NCBI GenBank assembly: GCA_051362555.1
Contig: CM120640.1
Span: 17,174,001 to 17,238,000, forward strand
Length of the DNA: 64,000 bases
Origin: Lingula anatina
Lineage: Eukaryota; Animalia; Brachiopoda
Direction of reading: 5' to 3'
How positions within the stretch are numbered: the first letter of the stretch is position 1; each line of letters begins with the position of its first letter. The notes under the pieces were generated by a model. The model saw only the letters and a list, made by a program, of their open reading frames with translations, searched no databases and was not told the origin of the DNA. Position numbers and translations under genes: made by a program. Below, in pieces: positions 49,401-63,639 of the stretch.

Positions 49401-52400
49401 CTAGATCTCATATGCTGATACGAATCCGGTCCTCTCCGACAACGCCGCCTATCCAAACTTTTTCCGGACAATTCCCAGTGACACCGATTTTAACTCTGCC
49501 CGAATTCAACTGCTGAGGAAATTTAGGTGGAAAAAAGTGGCAACACTGTTTCAGGAGGCATCCGGAGGGACGTCAAGATACTCATACGTAAGCTTATTAC
49601 ATGTATATAAGTATGCTTGCATAAAAGGCTGGTAAAAGGGTTTTGCCGTGTTACCTTGGCATTAGACGAATTCACCAACTAATCAACAAGATAAAATCGT
49701 TTAAATGTAGGCAATTGTACCATGAAAGAAAGCACAATGTATAAAACTAAGCCTATAAATTGTCGTAAGTTTAATATATAATTTCTTTCGTTGCTTTTCT
49801 CAGGCACACAACCATCTTATCAGAGGTTTAGATAGCGCAGATGTTCAAATCGTCAAATCGGAAAGCTTCAGTACCGACCCCACTGTGGCGGTGAGAAGTC
49901 TTAAGGTACTGGTCAATGTATGAGCATATCTATTTATTTACTGCCAAAGATCAAAGAAACTGAAACTGTTTGCAGCCTTGATAATGGGAAAATGCTGGGT
50001 TGAAATTGGCACTGGTGTTTCAAATAGCAGCAAAAATAACGAAGCAAATTATGGGGCGAAGTTAATACAAAAAAATATTAATACGAAATTGTTGAAAACC
50101 TATGTACTTCAAAGGGCCCTTATCTTATATGTATCGCCAAGCTATTGAGTTATAGCAAATGCAACCGAGAGTGGAAGTGAAAGGCGTTTGGGGGTCTCAA
50201 GGTAAAGGGTAACATTTTCCTCCAGGTGCAAAGTGGTGATAATCGTGGTCTCGGAACTTTCCATTACTGCATAGTGTCCGCGTCATCTTATCTAATCATT
50301 GTATCAAAGTGCGTTTTCAAGACATTATTTTTCATAATCTTGTTTTGAACGAATCGCATTAGGCTATCAGCCTCCTGATCAGAAATTTGGATTTTTAAAA
50401 ATATGCATCAAATGTTCAACCTTTTGAACATGGAATATTTATGCTCTAAGTAGGCATGATCAATGACAGATATTCATTTTGATACAAAAACTCCCTGCCT
50501 TGTGATAATCTTGAATCATATTTGGACTCTTTTGTGTTATTTGGTTATTTGTTTTCTTTACGTTATCAAAGTTCTGAGCTCATGCAGTTTTACAAAAACC
50601 ACCGCACAACAGGCGTATCGGATTGTACCAAAATGTTTAAAGTTTGACCGAATCAAGCACACCTGCGTATTGCCTAATGATAGTGGAAACAAAACTACTT
50701 GCAGAGATCAAAGAGCACAATTACATTGAGACCGTTTGCGCCCCACATGTGAACTCCTAGGGCTTATCTTGCACTGGTGTTTCAAAAAGCATCAAAAATA
50801 ACGAAGCAAATTAAGGGGCGAAGGTGAGAAAAACCCCATGGCAAGAAACGGGCTCAGTGTTGAAAACCTATTTGTGTTTCAAAGGGCTCTAGTTTTTAAA
50901 CGCCCATACCCCTGCCTCTTAGTAGACAGATGTACCAAATTTCGAGACAGGGCAATGATTATCACTGATGATTACTCTACGATTATATCTAAAGGTATCT
51001 GAAAATGAAGCTACTGATTAAATTTATCTCTTAGTCAAAATATCGAATTTTGCTATTTTCACCTATTAACCGAGCGATTTTAGTGTCTAGTGATTGCCGG
51101 TATTTTAAATGTCGTCAAATTGGGCAACCGAGCTCACGTTTCAACCATTCTCTCTGACACTTCAATATCGGTCCAGGCAGTCAGGAGTAAAACAAGCCAA
51201 TACCTTAAAACATATGTTATAAAGATGCCTTACCGCGGCGCATCTGCATCTGAAGGGACCCCTGGTAGCATATACTATTTTTGCTACTGTGATGTCCGTT
51301 ATTGGATTTAGTGGGATGAAATAAGTACATGGTCTCAGTAAACAACTACACATGTTGAGTAATGAGTGTTTGGCGTTCAATTTGTTGCAAATAATATTTT
51401 AGGGTTGCTACTTGTGTTATTACCTTTTGGGTGATGTAATATGTAATCTGAAAAAGCTGGTGCTACCTTGAGTTATCTTCATGCAAAAGCTTACTTAGTC
51501 CTGCTGAGACACGTTGGTCACTTGGGATTGTTATCTTTAAGGTGAGCGCCATATATACCTCATCGTTTATATACTTACTTAATCTCATCCTATTAGCAAT
51601 CGGTCTTTATTGGTGGTTTGTTTTAGATAAAAACGTTGCTGTGTCAGGAATCACTAATTATTCTAAAGTTGAAGGGATAATAACTGTTCGTGTTTCACAG
51701 TAAAAACATTGTAAACAACAATAAAAATATAATTAATTCCATTGTACCACCAAAACAGCGATTATTGCAATTATTCTGGAACCAGTGCTTGGCATCAGAC
51801 CACGTGGACCTTCATGGGTGGCTATACCCCCGCAATAATCTCTTTTCAGAAAAAAACATGGAATAACTCTGAATGTTGGGATGGATTCATTAACCATTGG
51901 TAAATCTGGGAAAATCGTCGTGTACCCCAGGAAAAGTCGTTTTGTGCCCAAAACGAAGAGTTGTTATCTCTTTAAGAAGAAGAAGTACAGAGTAGAAGAT
52001 TATTTAGGATGAGATTGGTTCAAATGATTGCATTTTTTCTTAGCACTAGCATTACCTGTTTAGCTAAGATAGCTTTACAGTCGGCGTTCTTTCTGATATA
52101 CATGTACATTATATATCTGCTTTCACTGACATTACTGTATCTTTGAATTAAAGGGAGAATTAGTACTGCATGCCTGGTTCAGTAATTTTTATCAGTGAAA
52201 AAGCTTTCAATTGATACACTTGGAAGTATATGAACCTGGGGGAGTAAGTGTTTGACTGGAAACCTGAAACCTCTACAATTCATTCATTAATTGTTTATAT
52301 GAAACTTGACAGTTTGATCAATGTAATCTCCTCCTTTGACCAGTATCTAGAAATAGAAACTAGAGCTTACGATTTACTTTCTGATCTTTGCTTCGTGGTA

Positions 52401-55400
52401 ACCAAAAAAGTGTGGAACAAGGCGTGCAGGAAACACGAATTGTTGTAGGATAACATTGAATTTCATTTCAGTATTGTGCATTATTAATTCTTCCTACTGA
52501 CTAGCTTATGCCTATGACCCACTAAACAAGGGTCTTAGCATATGCCTTTTACTCCCACTGGGACAGAAGTAAATAAGTGGTCTTTGTTAAATTTAAACAG
52601 TTATTAGACTACTGTAGTGTGTTGTTTCCTTCCACAGGACAGCGGCGCCAGAATTTTCCTAGGTAATTTCGCCGAAGTCATGGCTCGGAAGGTTTTTTGT
52701 GCGGTAAGTTTACGGTACAAACACTTTATATCTAAATTACAAATATATTAATTCTTCCGAATAGAATAGAATAGAATCAGACGCAGCCGTGGATCTCCAT
52801 CTCTTATTCCCCTTGGGTCAGTGCAATAGCTTCAATCACCCCTTAACTGCTTTCTCCATGACGACGCGACTGAGGAACAAAAAGGTTTAGAACTGAGAGT
52901 TTTAAGGGCTGCTTCAGGCACTCGCTCTGATAGGCGGCTCTATGACTGTATTATCATCCTAACTTAACACAAAGTATCCTTCACGCTCACACCGCATCAT
53001 TGTTTTTTTTTTTTTTTTTTTTTTTTTTTTCTAAAAGTACGAGAGATACCCCCAGGGACTTATGAGTGATATCACAGGAACTTAGTGATACCGCAAGAAC
53101 TTGTTAGTGATACCACAGGGACTTGTAGGAAAAAAACTAACGAAGGCACAATCTGCTTCTAAAATATGACAGATTTTCGACATCTCTACATCATTCTACA
53201 TTCATCATTTCTAGGCATTTAGCTACATGATCCAAGATAACATTCTATTACTTGCTTGTATCCATTATACGGTATTAAATGTGCAGTACATGTATTTCAT
53301 TGGCGGTTCCTTTAAAACAAAAAAGCTTCGACCTTCATATTATGTATTGGACCAGATTCTGGAGAATATGGAAGTGGGTATGTTGTCGCGTGTAACTTAA
53401 AATGTCAGACAGCGTTTTTGGCCGATTGGATTCGACAGTCAATCATTTCGCAAATCAGAAATATTGTAAATAGCTACTTGCTGTCAAGTCAAGTAACCAG
53501 CTTGCTTTTTCTCCACCGCTGCGCAACTGTGCGCTAACGCCCTGTAAAACTGAGCCAATTCGATTGCAACGTGTAGTGTAGCTTGAGTTACGAGTTGCAC
53601 ATTATCCGCTTGGCCGAGTGTAGGAGTGCAAAAACGATCGTCGTATTTTATGTTTACTGCCAGTGAATGACCTGTAGCAACAATTCGATCAATCCTTTCG
53701 ATGCCTTTCCTCGGCACACGTCTCCATGTGCCGTTTGGTAGCTACTTCAGTAAGGCTGACAATTGACTGTTCTTAGAAATCAACAATCCTAAAATCCTAT
53801 TGTATCATGACTTGCTAAAACGGTAAAACATCATTCTTAGATTTCTTCTGAAGACGGATTTGAATACATCACGAGCTATAAAAGAGCATCGTCTTTAATC
53901 TATGGATTATATAGCACAAGTGTTAGTTTTTGCTACAAATTCGTACTGGTTATCTAACTAGAATCTACGACATAAAGTATATATTGCAGTTTTTCAACGT
54001 CTCCTGTGTAAAGATGGCCAATAGTACATGTGAGATTTAACGTTTCGACCCTTCACCAAAATATATTTATTGTCATTCAACATTGAATTTCGTATATTTC
54101 ATTGAATGCTGTAAAAGTCTTAAAAACACCATTCTTGATAGAGGTAACTAAATATATATATTATTAAATATTATTATTATTATTATTATTTGGCTAGGCC
54201 TACAAAGAGGGCTTGTACGGGCCCAAATACGTCTGGATAGTGCTGGCAGGGTTTACATCCAGATGGTGGATGGATCCCCCCGAGGACACAGAGGACATCG
54301 ACTGTTCGCCAGAGGAGCTTCAGGAGGCCTTTACCTATGCCTTCGGTACAGACATTCCAGAGCTGACAAGCGGCCAAGGCGATACTGTGGCTGGATTGGT
54401 CAGTGTGTACATGTAGCTTCATTAATAAGATCTAACTTCATTAAGAGTGTATTATGAACTGAAAATTACAGTCGTATGTGATTTTCATTACTGTAATCGA
54501 TAAAAATAACGAACTGGATGGGTGAATTTTTAGATCCAATATATTATTAGATAACCATTTTAGGTTAATAATACCTGTTTTTAAAGGCTTGTTATCATTC
54601 TTGCCATTTATTACCTTGTCTGAGTAAAATTTGAAGAAAATAATTTGAAGGAACTTACTTGAAGGAATAAGTTGCTTCTGAATTTAACAATTTGTGTTTT
54701 TTTTAAAAAAACTGAACCCTTTACCTTACACAGGTCAACGTTATTTTCATTGTAGAAACCAGAGGAGTATTTAACCGAATACAACAAGGCCCGCAATACG
54801 ACCTACGCTCGCTTTCATGGTTACGCATATGACGGTGTTTGGGCCATTGCTCTTGCAGTACAAAAGCTGTTGCGGGTGTACAAAGGCAGTCTTCCTCTAC
54901 CGAAAGATAACCCAACCCCTTTTATGTCAGAGTTGTTCGAACTCATGATGAACACCACGTCGTTTAAGGGTGTAACGGTACAGTGAAATACCCCCAGCCC
55001 CGGGTAGAATTGATGAAATAGAAAACAACGATTTGAATAACTAAATCAGTTTGTTTTTTAATTGTGGAATTGCATTACATGTTACAGCTCTCTGGCAATT
55101 TCACCACTTTGCCATTTATCTTGATTTGGACTGATATAGTAACTTTCAAGGACTCACTGCTATTCATACAATTTTCTTAACTTTTCAGGGGATGGTCCAA
55201 TTTAGGCAAGGAGAGAGACTTGGAGAAATCCGAATTGAACAATACCAAGGTGGGACGAAATTGGAATAGACAAGTAAATGATTATCGATTAACATGCCTG
55301 GATAAAAGGCGACCTGATAGCATCGCTTTGGTTTATGTATTATGTAAACTTATAGATAAAACACATGTGCTTAGCTTCAATCCTGTTTTCGCCTGCAGGT

Positions 55401-58400
55401 TATTTTATAATCTATAAAGCGTCTGGTGCTGCATTATAATTAGTACACGCAACAGAAATTTGTCTTGGCCTTGCACTATATTCTCATACAACTAACGGTT
55501 ATTGGCATAACTTGAAAAAGAAGTAAATGACTGAGTTACATGATCTTCTCAGGGGAAAACATGTCTAAATCATTTGAAGTCAAAATATTCCTTCGGTGTA
55601 AATTATATGTCATCGTTTGTCGTAAATGACCCTCGCTCGCTTTATTAATGACAGTGTTCAATGCAAATGGAACTAGAAAGGGACGTGATTCACTTTTAAG
55701 ATATGTAAATATATGAAAAACGTGTTGCTGTAATCATAAAATAGACAGTATGGGTTAGATATGCTCCACAGAGCAAGGTGTTAGCTTATTACGTTTCGAT
55801 AACTAAATTCAACCTGACTTGTTTTAATTCCTGATTTTTATGGATCTGTTCAATCAAGAATCATTTTCACCTCCCTGAAAAAGCATTTATCAGACGTATA
55901 TGTACCCTTACGAACTCTCTTTGTAGGCCTTACAAAATAATGATATAAATAGTAATTTCTATCGAGAAAGGTCTTTTAAGATTTTAAGAACTCTGTATTC
56001 TGCTGTGTGAGGAGACAACATGGGCACCATCCCTCATTTTTTTCGTGCATTTTTCTTGTCTTTGTTATGACACAGTGTTTAAGGTCGAAGCCACGACCTC
56101 CCGAAGCAAGTCTATATCAGTGAAGAAGTTTACATTTTTCTTATATTTAGAAAGACGCTGTGACACATTTGGGACGTAGAAGCCCGTGCACATGTAACAT
56201 ATAAGTATTCACTTTAAAAATAATATTGTGCAAGCTTTATTGTGTGCGATAGCTTGGGACCCTATAAAGTGGCGAAATCAAATTATGTACTATATGATGA
56301 GAGGTCCGTCCATTAGTACGATTCTGTCGATTTCATCTACGTTGTATCCCACTGGGCGGGAGTCTGAGAATTATGCCTGTCGATCATTACCATCGATTTC
56401 TCTTTGGAACGTCAAATTTTGCTGTATTATGTACGTGTGTTGGATTGTGAGGAACACGCTTGTTTCTATGATTGGTGGTTTTGAATACTGTTTTTATACA
56501 ATTTTTCAGGGTTACTAGTAACAGCGCAAGCCACTCTTTACCCATGAATAAAGTATAATTTGATTAAATGGCAGCACTGTTGTAAGACAACCTTGAAAGG
56601 TTGAATTTATTTAGTTTCGTCACTTTATTGGCATGTTTCATAGACACATGAGTTAAAAGAGAAATAATGATTTCTTGATAAAATTCACCAAATTGTTCAT
56701 AACTGTTCTCCCCTTTTTAAAAGCATTCTATTATTTATTTATTAATTTATTACTTTATTTATTTATTACTTTATTTATTTATTTATTTTGGCAAGATAAT
56801 AACGAGTATTTATTTTAATCTCAGGTGGAGAAGATATGATCAACGTCGGTTATTTCAACATGTCGTCGGATCGGCTCATTTTCCGCCCAGACACCATAGC
56901 CTGGTCAGGTAAGGTGCTCGTGATATTCTTACCGCACAAACACAGTTATTAGACACAGTAATTGGTATTCGTCTCTTGGCTATAGGTTGCGCGTAGGCTT
57001 CAGTAAACCTTTTTGTCGAACATGCAAAGTGATGCCCTTTATTTACAGCTGCTAATGATGTGACATTTAAGATAAAAACTGATGTGCAAGTGTTAACATG
57101 CAATGCTAACTCTTAGGCCTTAAATTGATTGGCGTTGAAAAAGCTAATCGCGTTTCCATTATGTAGCTTCTAGAAATTCTTTTGCCAATAGTTTGGGAAA
57201 TGAACTTATAGGGTGATAGGTTGTCAGCCCATTCCCTGATGTCTGTAAGCAGACGGAATATTTGCTGGTAAAAGTAGTATCTGTTTATTTCCCAAGCTAT
57301 TGACAAAAGAACTCGATGAAAATTTGCAGATGAAACACATCATATGTCTACTAGATATACAAATATTGGTAAGTTGGTAACATAACCTTCCCGTTATTTG
57401 TTCTCTTTCTACAGGAAGCGGTCCGCCAAGAGATAGCAGTAAACAGATATATGAGACACAGAGCGTAGATATCAGAATCTATATTGTGTTAGAGGTGCTA
57501 GCTTCATTAGGACAGATCATGGCCATTGCGTTCTTAGTCATAAACGTCAAATACCGACACCATAGGTAATATATAAAAATGGTCCAATACGATTATAAGG
57601 CAGACACAGAGACAGGACTTTTGTCGTGACTTTTGTCATAAAAATTGCGTGGGAATTTGTTTGAAATATTTTCATATTCACGGTGCTAATGCGTGGTGAA
57701 AACGAGATTAAGCTTATTTTTCCATATTTATATATATATTACAGCGACTTAGATACTGCATTCTAATTCATATCGTATTAGCCATCATATTTTTAATTGC
57801 CTGTATAATTTAATGGATATTTTTCAGATACATTAAAATGTCCAGTCCGAATATGAACAACGTAATCGTGATAGGTTGTATATTGACGTATTCTGCCGTG
57901 CCCATGCTGGGATTGGACGGTAGTTTAACGTCGCCAGAACGCTTGCCATATATATGCGTGGTAAGAGATGCTTTTATGTATGTATGTATAAATGTAGGTA
58001 AGAGCATGTGAAAAGGCCTGCATTGCTTGATCTTGTCTGTGTTGAAGATAAACTTTAATTTTGGTAGGCCTTGCAATTTGCTAAAAAAGCATCATCACAA
58101 CAGATCCGTTATGAATTTTCTAAACAGAAAAGTTTATATATTAGAGGAACCCACACACCTTACTTTAGTATGAAGACCAAGTTAGAACGGGAGTGTCTTG
58201 CAATCAGTGCCACTATACCTTTTGTACATGTATTAAAACTTCGGTAAATTCAGATCCTTATATCATGCACTCTGAATCCGTCTGTAGGATTGGAGAAAAT
58301 TTAGATCATAAATAAAACGTGATTGGTTAATACTAAACTGTCTTATGCTTTTCATCTCAAAGAGCAGTTATCTTGTCTCAAACCAGTTACTGTCCCGTCT

Positions 58401-61400
58401 ACAATGGTTTTGATACTCAACCAACCACAAGCCGTTGCAGTGAAGGCAGTTTTGTTTTGACCTAACAGGACTTAGAAAGATGAGGTCCTGGTAAAGCCCC
58501 ACATTTTTAATATGGTCAGGGACTTAATACAAATCTATTATGCATGATATTAATCTCATTTTAGGGTCGCTGCTGGAGTTTATCCATCGGATTCACGCTC
58601 TCATTTGGTGCTTTATTTAGCAAGACATGGCGCGTACATGCCATATTTACCAACGTGAAGTTAAACAGAAAGGTTAGTCTAAACTTGGAAGATTCGTTAT
58701 ATTTTAAGTGGAACTAAATTTATTCGTAATGACACAATATTACATAACCAACTCTTTTTCTTTTCAAAAAATGAAACAATAAGCGTTAAAGGTATCGATT
58801 TGTTTTGGGGTTTTCTTGTCATCTTTATGAACTTTTTTCCTGGTATGTTTCGTTGTTTTGTTCTCCAGGTAATTAAGGACTACAAACTGATTCTTATTGT
58901 ATTGGGACTGCTTGTGTTTGATCTGATCATCCTCATTACATGGCAGATAGTCGACCCTATGCAGAAACGGACCAAACACCTACCGGCCGTGGTAAGAAAA
59001 CCACCAGCTATCTCTTACACTGTGTACCATTAATAACACACATTTGTTTCCCAGTATAGCTTAAAACATATCTTGTGTTTTCAGATCTGAAATTAATCAT
59101 GTGTTAGACTTTCCCCTACACATTGTTAAAGCACACAGTTGTTTGGTGCAATAATATCCTACACTATTACAATGTATATATGTATGCGGTACTTGGACAT
59201 TTTATAAAAACTTTCTTAAGGATGTGTTTGACAAAGGCCCATGCAGTTTTCGTCAAATAAAGTTTTTTGTTTAAAATAAATTAAGAACAACATAGAATTA
59301 ATAAAATATGAAAATAACCTGGCATATTCCGTTTTAAATATTTAAGTGGAAGAAAGGCAAAGTTTATTTGAACAGAATTGGATCTTTCGTGATTTCAGGA
59401 GCGTGGTATAGACATGGAAATTATACCACAGGTGGATTATTGTTTCAGCACGCACATGACAATTTGGCTTTCCATTCTTTATGCGTACAAGGGCGTTTTA
59501 TTGGTGAGTTTGCATATTTCATTTATATCACATTTATTGAATGCCTTCATATTCCATTCAAACGAGTTAAGGCAACAACCAATTAGGCAAACTTATCGAA
59601 AGGCACTAATGATGATGACATGTAAAAATAATGTTCAATAACTTTGGAAACATACCAAAAACTCTTCAAATTGCGTTATCCTGTAATATAATGTGTCCTG
59701 AATATATATAGATATAATATTCACTTGCAATACCTTTTGTCATACATGTTTGGCATGTATTTAAAAAGTAGACTCAATGATACAAAGTAGTGTGTCAGTT
59801 TATCTTGCAAACACTGCATACGTTCTAGAACTGGGTACCCAACGTGTAATCTTTTTAAATACGTTCCTGTCTGTCCAGATATTTGGCTGTTTTCTTGCCT
59901 GGGAGACCCGTCACGTCAGCATTCCTGCACTGAACGACTCCAAGTATATCGGTATGAGCGTATACAACGTGGTAGTGCTGTGCGTGTGTGGTGTAGCCAT
60001 ATCCTTCGTAGTCAGAGACAACCAGGACGCTAGTTTCCTGATTACTGGATTGTCTATCATATTATGTACCACTATAACACAGTGCTTGGTGTTTGTTCCA
60101 AAGGTACGTTGATATTTATTGATACTCTTTTTATTTTAAGTTTTAGCCGGAAAACTTTCGATATATCATGAATTCAAAGAATTGTGATGAAATTCATATT
60201 ATGCTCTAGCATTTTCCTACAAAAGTGACACTCATACGATGAAGGGTGTCTGCGTGTAATCCGAATTTTTTCGGGACTCCCGATAGTAAAATATCAAACA
60301 ATATAGAATCACAAATAATGCACCTGCCAAAAATATTCTCGCACGAGTTAATAGTTAGCTTTTTTCTTTTAGATAATTGAACTAAAGAAGAATCCCAAAG
60401 GCACTGGGAAGAAAATCCGTGCCACCCTGAGTAAACAAAAGCATGTAGATCATCACACAGACCTTAAAAACAAGATTGATAAGTTGGCAGACGAGAACAG
60501 ATGGTGCAGAGAAGTAGTACTTGCCGTAAGACATCTCTCTTATTACTATCACTAATATTGACATTATATATTCTAGTCGTTCACATTTTAGAATTACTTT
60601 TTTATAACTTAAATGAAAAGTGACTTTCTTGGGTGGTTGCCCTATCTAAAAGGATGTTATTTTGACTTGGCCACCTTCCCCCTATATCTTCTCCCAGCTA
60701 AACTTTTTGTGGTAGGGATACAGATTCGATTTTTTACAGAATGAAACGTGCTTTTAGAATAAGCTATCCTCAAAGAGAAGAAGAAAGTAAACAAGAAAAT
60801 ACACTTTTTAATTTAATTTTAATTCTTAAATAATTTTTTTTAAATTTTAAAGTACTAAGATGCAATAGCCTACATGTATGCCACACGACATCACCGACAA
60901 CCATAAACATCCGATTTCAGAAAGATGAGGTGATTCAACAACTTTTGGATAAAATAGCCGAGTATGACAGGCTGATCATGTCAGGCATCCCAAGTGATGA
61001 TATCTTCCCGCCTTACGAATCATCAAATTGCAACCAAATAGAGGACTTTCCTTCAACCCACCAGGTGGATCCACCGTATGAGAATGGACGGCAAAACTCT
61101 GAGCAAAGGAAGTCAAAACTAGGTACACATGCACTTACATGCCTCACACACATGGCCTCAGATCGTATATATGGATATCACATAATTCGTGTATTCTTAA
61201 TGGGATGACAACTCTTCATTTTGCCGGGAAAAGTGCCATAAAACGGATTTTCCTGCGGTAAACGACAATTTTCCCATACTTTCCGATGGTTAATAAATCC
61301 GTTCCGACAAAGTTAGTCGATAGTTTTTTATTTTTAAGTGTGTTTTTTGTAATAATCTCTAAAGAGGGTGGCCATCTATGAAGGACTTCTTGGTCCGATG

Positions 61401-63211
61401 GCAAGCACAGATTCCAGAATAATTGCGATAACCGCCGTTTAGGTGGTAAACTGAATATATTATATTTATGATATTTCTATGTTTCTTGTGTACAATTATT
61501 TATTGTGGAATTTTGAATCCCACATGAAAAGTTGTTATCCCTTTAACAGAACAATACTCATCTGTGACAGAGAACCATAACATTTTATGTTTTCTCTATT
61601 TGTGATACTTTAACGTTTATCGATCCTACCTATATGAGAATATTTTCTAATAAAGATCTGTTTTGTTTTGTCATTTTTGTGAGGATGACACGTTCACGGG
61701 TTTGTTTTGTAAATATGATGTAAGTTCATCGGTCATTTATGTTCAGTATAATAGGCAGGATCAGAAATGTATGTCTTATTATTACAATGCTAACATTGCA
61801 GCATTCAACAGGTCATTTTCCGAGACGTCTACTTGTGACAGCATGGCACCACTTATACACAGTTCGCCAGCTCGCCATGTGAAGTGGCAGGAAGAACACC
61901 GAGGGAATAAAAGGTAAATCATTGGTCAGGTCTGAAAAATAGAGAGCATGCACATACACTGTGACCACTCAATTTATAAGAAGCTTCTGCATTGTAATTT
62001 AAGGAGCATCTTTAAATATGTTGAAATTGTCTCCTCAGGTTAGCTGCAAAATGATTTCTACTTTGTCTCTTTCAGTAGTCACGTAACTTCCAACTTCCAT
62101 CTACTTGTTTTCACAGTCTTGTATTGTTAACTTTATCTTATCTTACCATGCAGACACGTTTCACTTACTTCTTGCAACAAACTTTAATCCAAAATGGTTA
62201 AAACGTCTTTTTAAATACGGGCATATCTTCATGTGGCGGGTAGCCATTTAACAAATTTAGTGACTGTAAGATACGGATAACATTGCGTTATCATGTCATC
62301 GGACGTTTAACATTGGAATTAACGTGTACACACATAAGATTGTCCATCATCTTTTGTAACACTTACTATATAAGAATGTTTGCATTTGGTGCCATCCTAG
62401 GCCGAAACTTCCTGTGCCCCGCTTTAAGACAATTGCATGTTATTTAACAGCTTGATTGTTGTTGTTGTGTGCTGTGATGCATAAGACATAGGCCTACTAC
62501 ACCATCTTTAGTTGATGTGCATTTTTTCATTTAAGTGTGATTTCTATTATTTATAGCAAAGGTCGCATTCCTAACGGCAAGTTAACCAAGGAGAAGCGAA
62601 GGCCACTTTTATTTAAAAACAGGCATGCTGAATTTAAAAATGAGTAAGCAATCGTACTTTGGGGGAAAACAGATTTCTCGCATACCTGCATTGCATAGTA
62701 CTTTACGCACGGCACAACTATAATTAACTGATACAATGTTGTCTACACTAACATATTCTAGTTGAAAATTGTTTGTGGGACTCGTCCAACTCACAACTTA
62801 TAATTACCCATTTGACTAACGGTAATTTTTTCCTTTTTTTCTCAGTAAAGACTAACATTGAACCAAACTAGTTTTTTTAAATTTTCAACTAACCTTGATA
62901 TTTCACTATTCTTTGAGATGTTACTTTCTCGTGTCTTTATACCTTTAACTAACCATTCTATTGTATTTTCTTTACAAAATGTATTTCCAGTTTTGAATTA
63001 ACTAACTATCGTTGCACTTTACAAAATTTTTGTTGGTTTGTGTTTTTTTTTTTTTTCATATTTTCAATTTTCTCACCTATTTTCCAGCCTAGACCCTATT
63101 GTAGCATCTCCACCCACTAATCCCAAGTTTTCGCGACTGGAGGAGATGGACTTTTTGAAAGAGACGGATATTATATCCTCCGACCAGGGATCATCAGATG
63201 ATGAAAGCTGA
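40485..63211 (+). CDS. GABBR2: GABA-B receptor subunit 2-like class C GPCR, ~915 aa to the first stop
   Basis: 19 coding exons: 40485-40733, 49038-49181, 49405-49587, 49804-49905, 52638-52703, 54198-54398, 54756-54977, 55189-55249, 56825-56908, 57415-57565, 57828-57960, 58565-58672, 58869-58991, 59399-59503, 59879-60103, 60373-60525, 60921-61122, 61802-61913, 63088-63211. Motifs [53 protein letters not shown] and [21 protein letters not shown]. The tail exons are less certain. Confidence 0.9.
42034..42122 (+). repeat. Short dispersed repeat, copy 1 (second copy at 45722-45801)
   Basis: TGATTAGTTT..AAAACTGGTGTGATGTCT[C/T]GCATGT..GGAAAG[T/A]TGAATG is present twice in the first coding intron of GABBR2. 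Confidence 0.8.
43533..43905. mobile_element. TTAA-type MITE remnant
   Basis: Left AGGCACAGGGTGCG matches the reverse complement of the right end, AGGTACAGTGAGCG (11/14). TTAA follows the right end. Termini resemble the 17127 element. Confidence 0.55.
45722..45801 (+). repeat. Short dispersed repeat, copy 2
   Basis: Similar to 42034-42122 but with a shorter A-run. Confidence 0.8.
50009..50120 (+). repeat. Direct repeat copy 1 (copy 2 at 50771-50890)
   Basis: GCACTGGTGTTTCAAA.AGCA.CAAAAATAACGAAGCAAATTA.GGGGCGAAG ... TGTTGAAAACCTAT..TTCAAAGGGC.CT occurs twice, 762 bp apart. Confidence 0.85.
50771..50890 (+). repeat. Direct repeat copy 2
   Basis: See 50009-50120. Ends are conserved and the middle is dissimilar. 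Confidence 0.85.
51673..51971 (+). mobile_element. MITE family X copy 2
   Basis: TIRs AGGGATAATAACTGTTCG / CGAAGAGTTGTTATCTCT followed by TTAA. Internal homology to 17495-17815. Confidence 0.8.
53003..53127. repeat. Poly(T) tract followed by a 4-unit ~20-23 bp minisatellite
   Basis: T28 at 53003-53030, then four imperfect AGTGATACCACAGGGACTT-type units. Confidence 0.8.
56729..56788. repeat. (TTTA)n-like simple repeat
   Basis: Imperfect TTTA/TTA run. Confidence 0.8.
61201..61542 (-). mobile_element. MITE family X copy 3 (inverted)
   Basis: Flanked by TTAA on both sides (61197-61200, 61543-61546). Termini TGGGATGACAACTCTTC / GAAAAGTTGTTATCCCT. The interior is reverse-complement homologous to copies 1 and 2. 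Confidence 0.8.
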
Positions 63212-63639
63212 GATTTCCAAACAAGGTAATTTCTGAACAAAATTTGAATTATTTATATGTTGATATTATAATGCTTGTATTCAATATTTGATTTTAAAAG
63301 CTTAATCAATTATGTCATACAGTATCTTTGGATACAATACATTCAGTTTTACACAGTTCACACATCTTATTTTAGAGGATATCGAAATATCGTAATGTCC
63401 TGTACTTCATAGCGAACATTATGACACCATCGCCATTGTCGCACATAAACTCCTCAGTTTGTTGACCAAAGAAAATGGCCGGGGATTGTATTACATGTAC
63501 ATGTAGTAGAATTATGACATGTATGAACAGTCCACTCGTGCATTTAGGAATTAATTTAGATTGCAGTCTAAAAAATAACCCTAATGTTTCATTTTTTACA
63601 TTCATTTACAAACTTAATCACGTTCGATTTGATTTCCAG

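Noticed and set aside
53043-53127. CRISPR-like array
   Set aside because: Units are contiguous with no unique spacers, the context is a eukaryotic intron, and there are no cas genes.
63209-63211. Selenocysteine recoding of the GABBR2 TGA
   Set aside because: There is no redox-motif context and no SECIS is recognisable in the short 3' sequence available; it cannot be supported.
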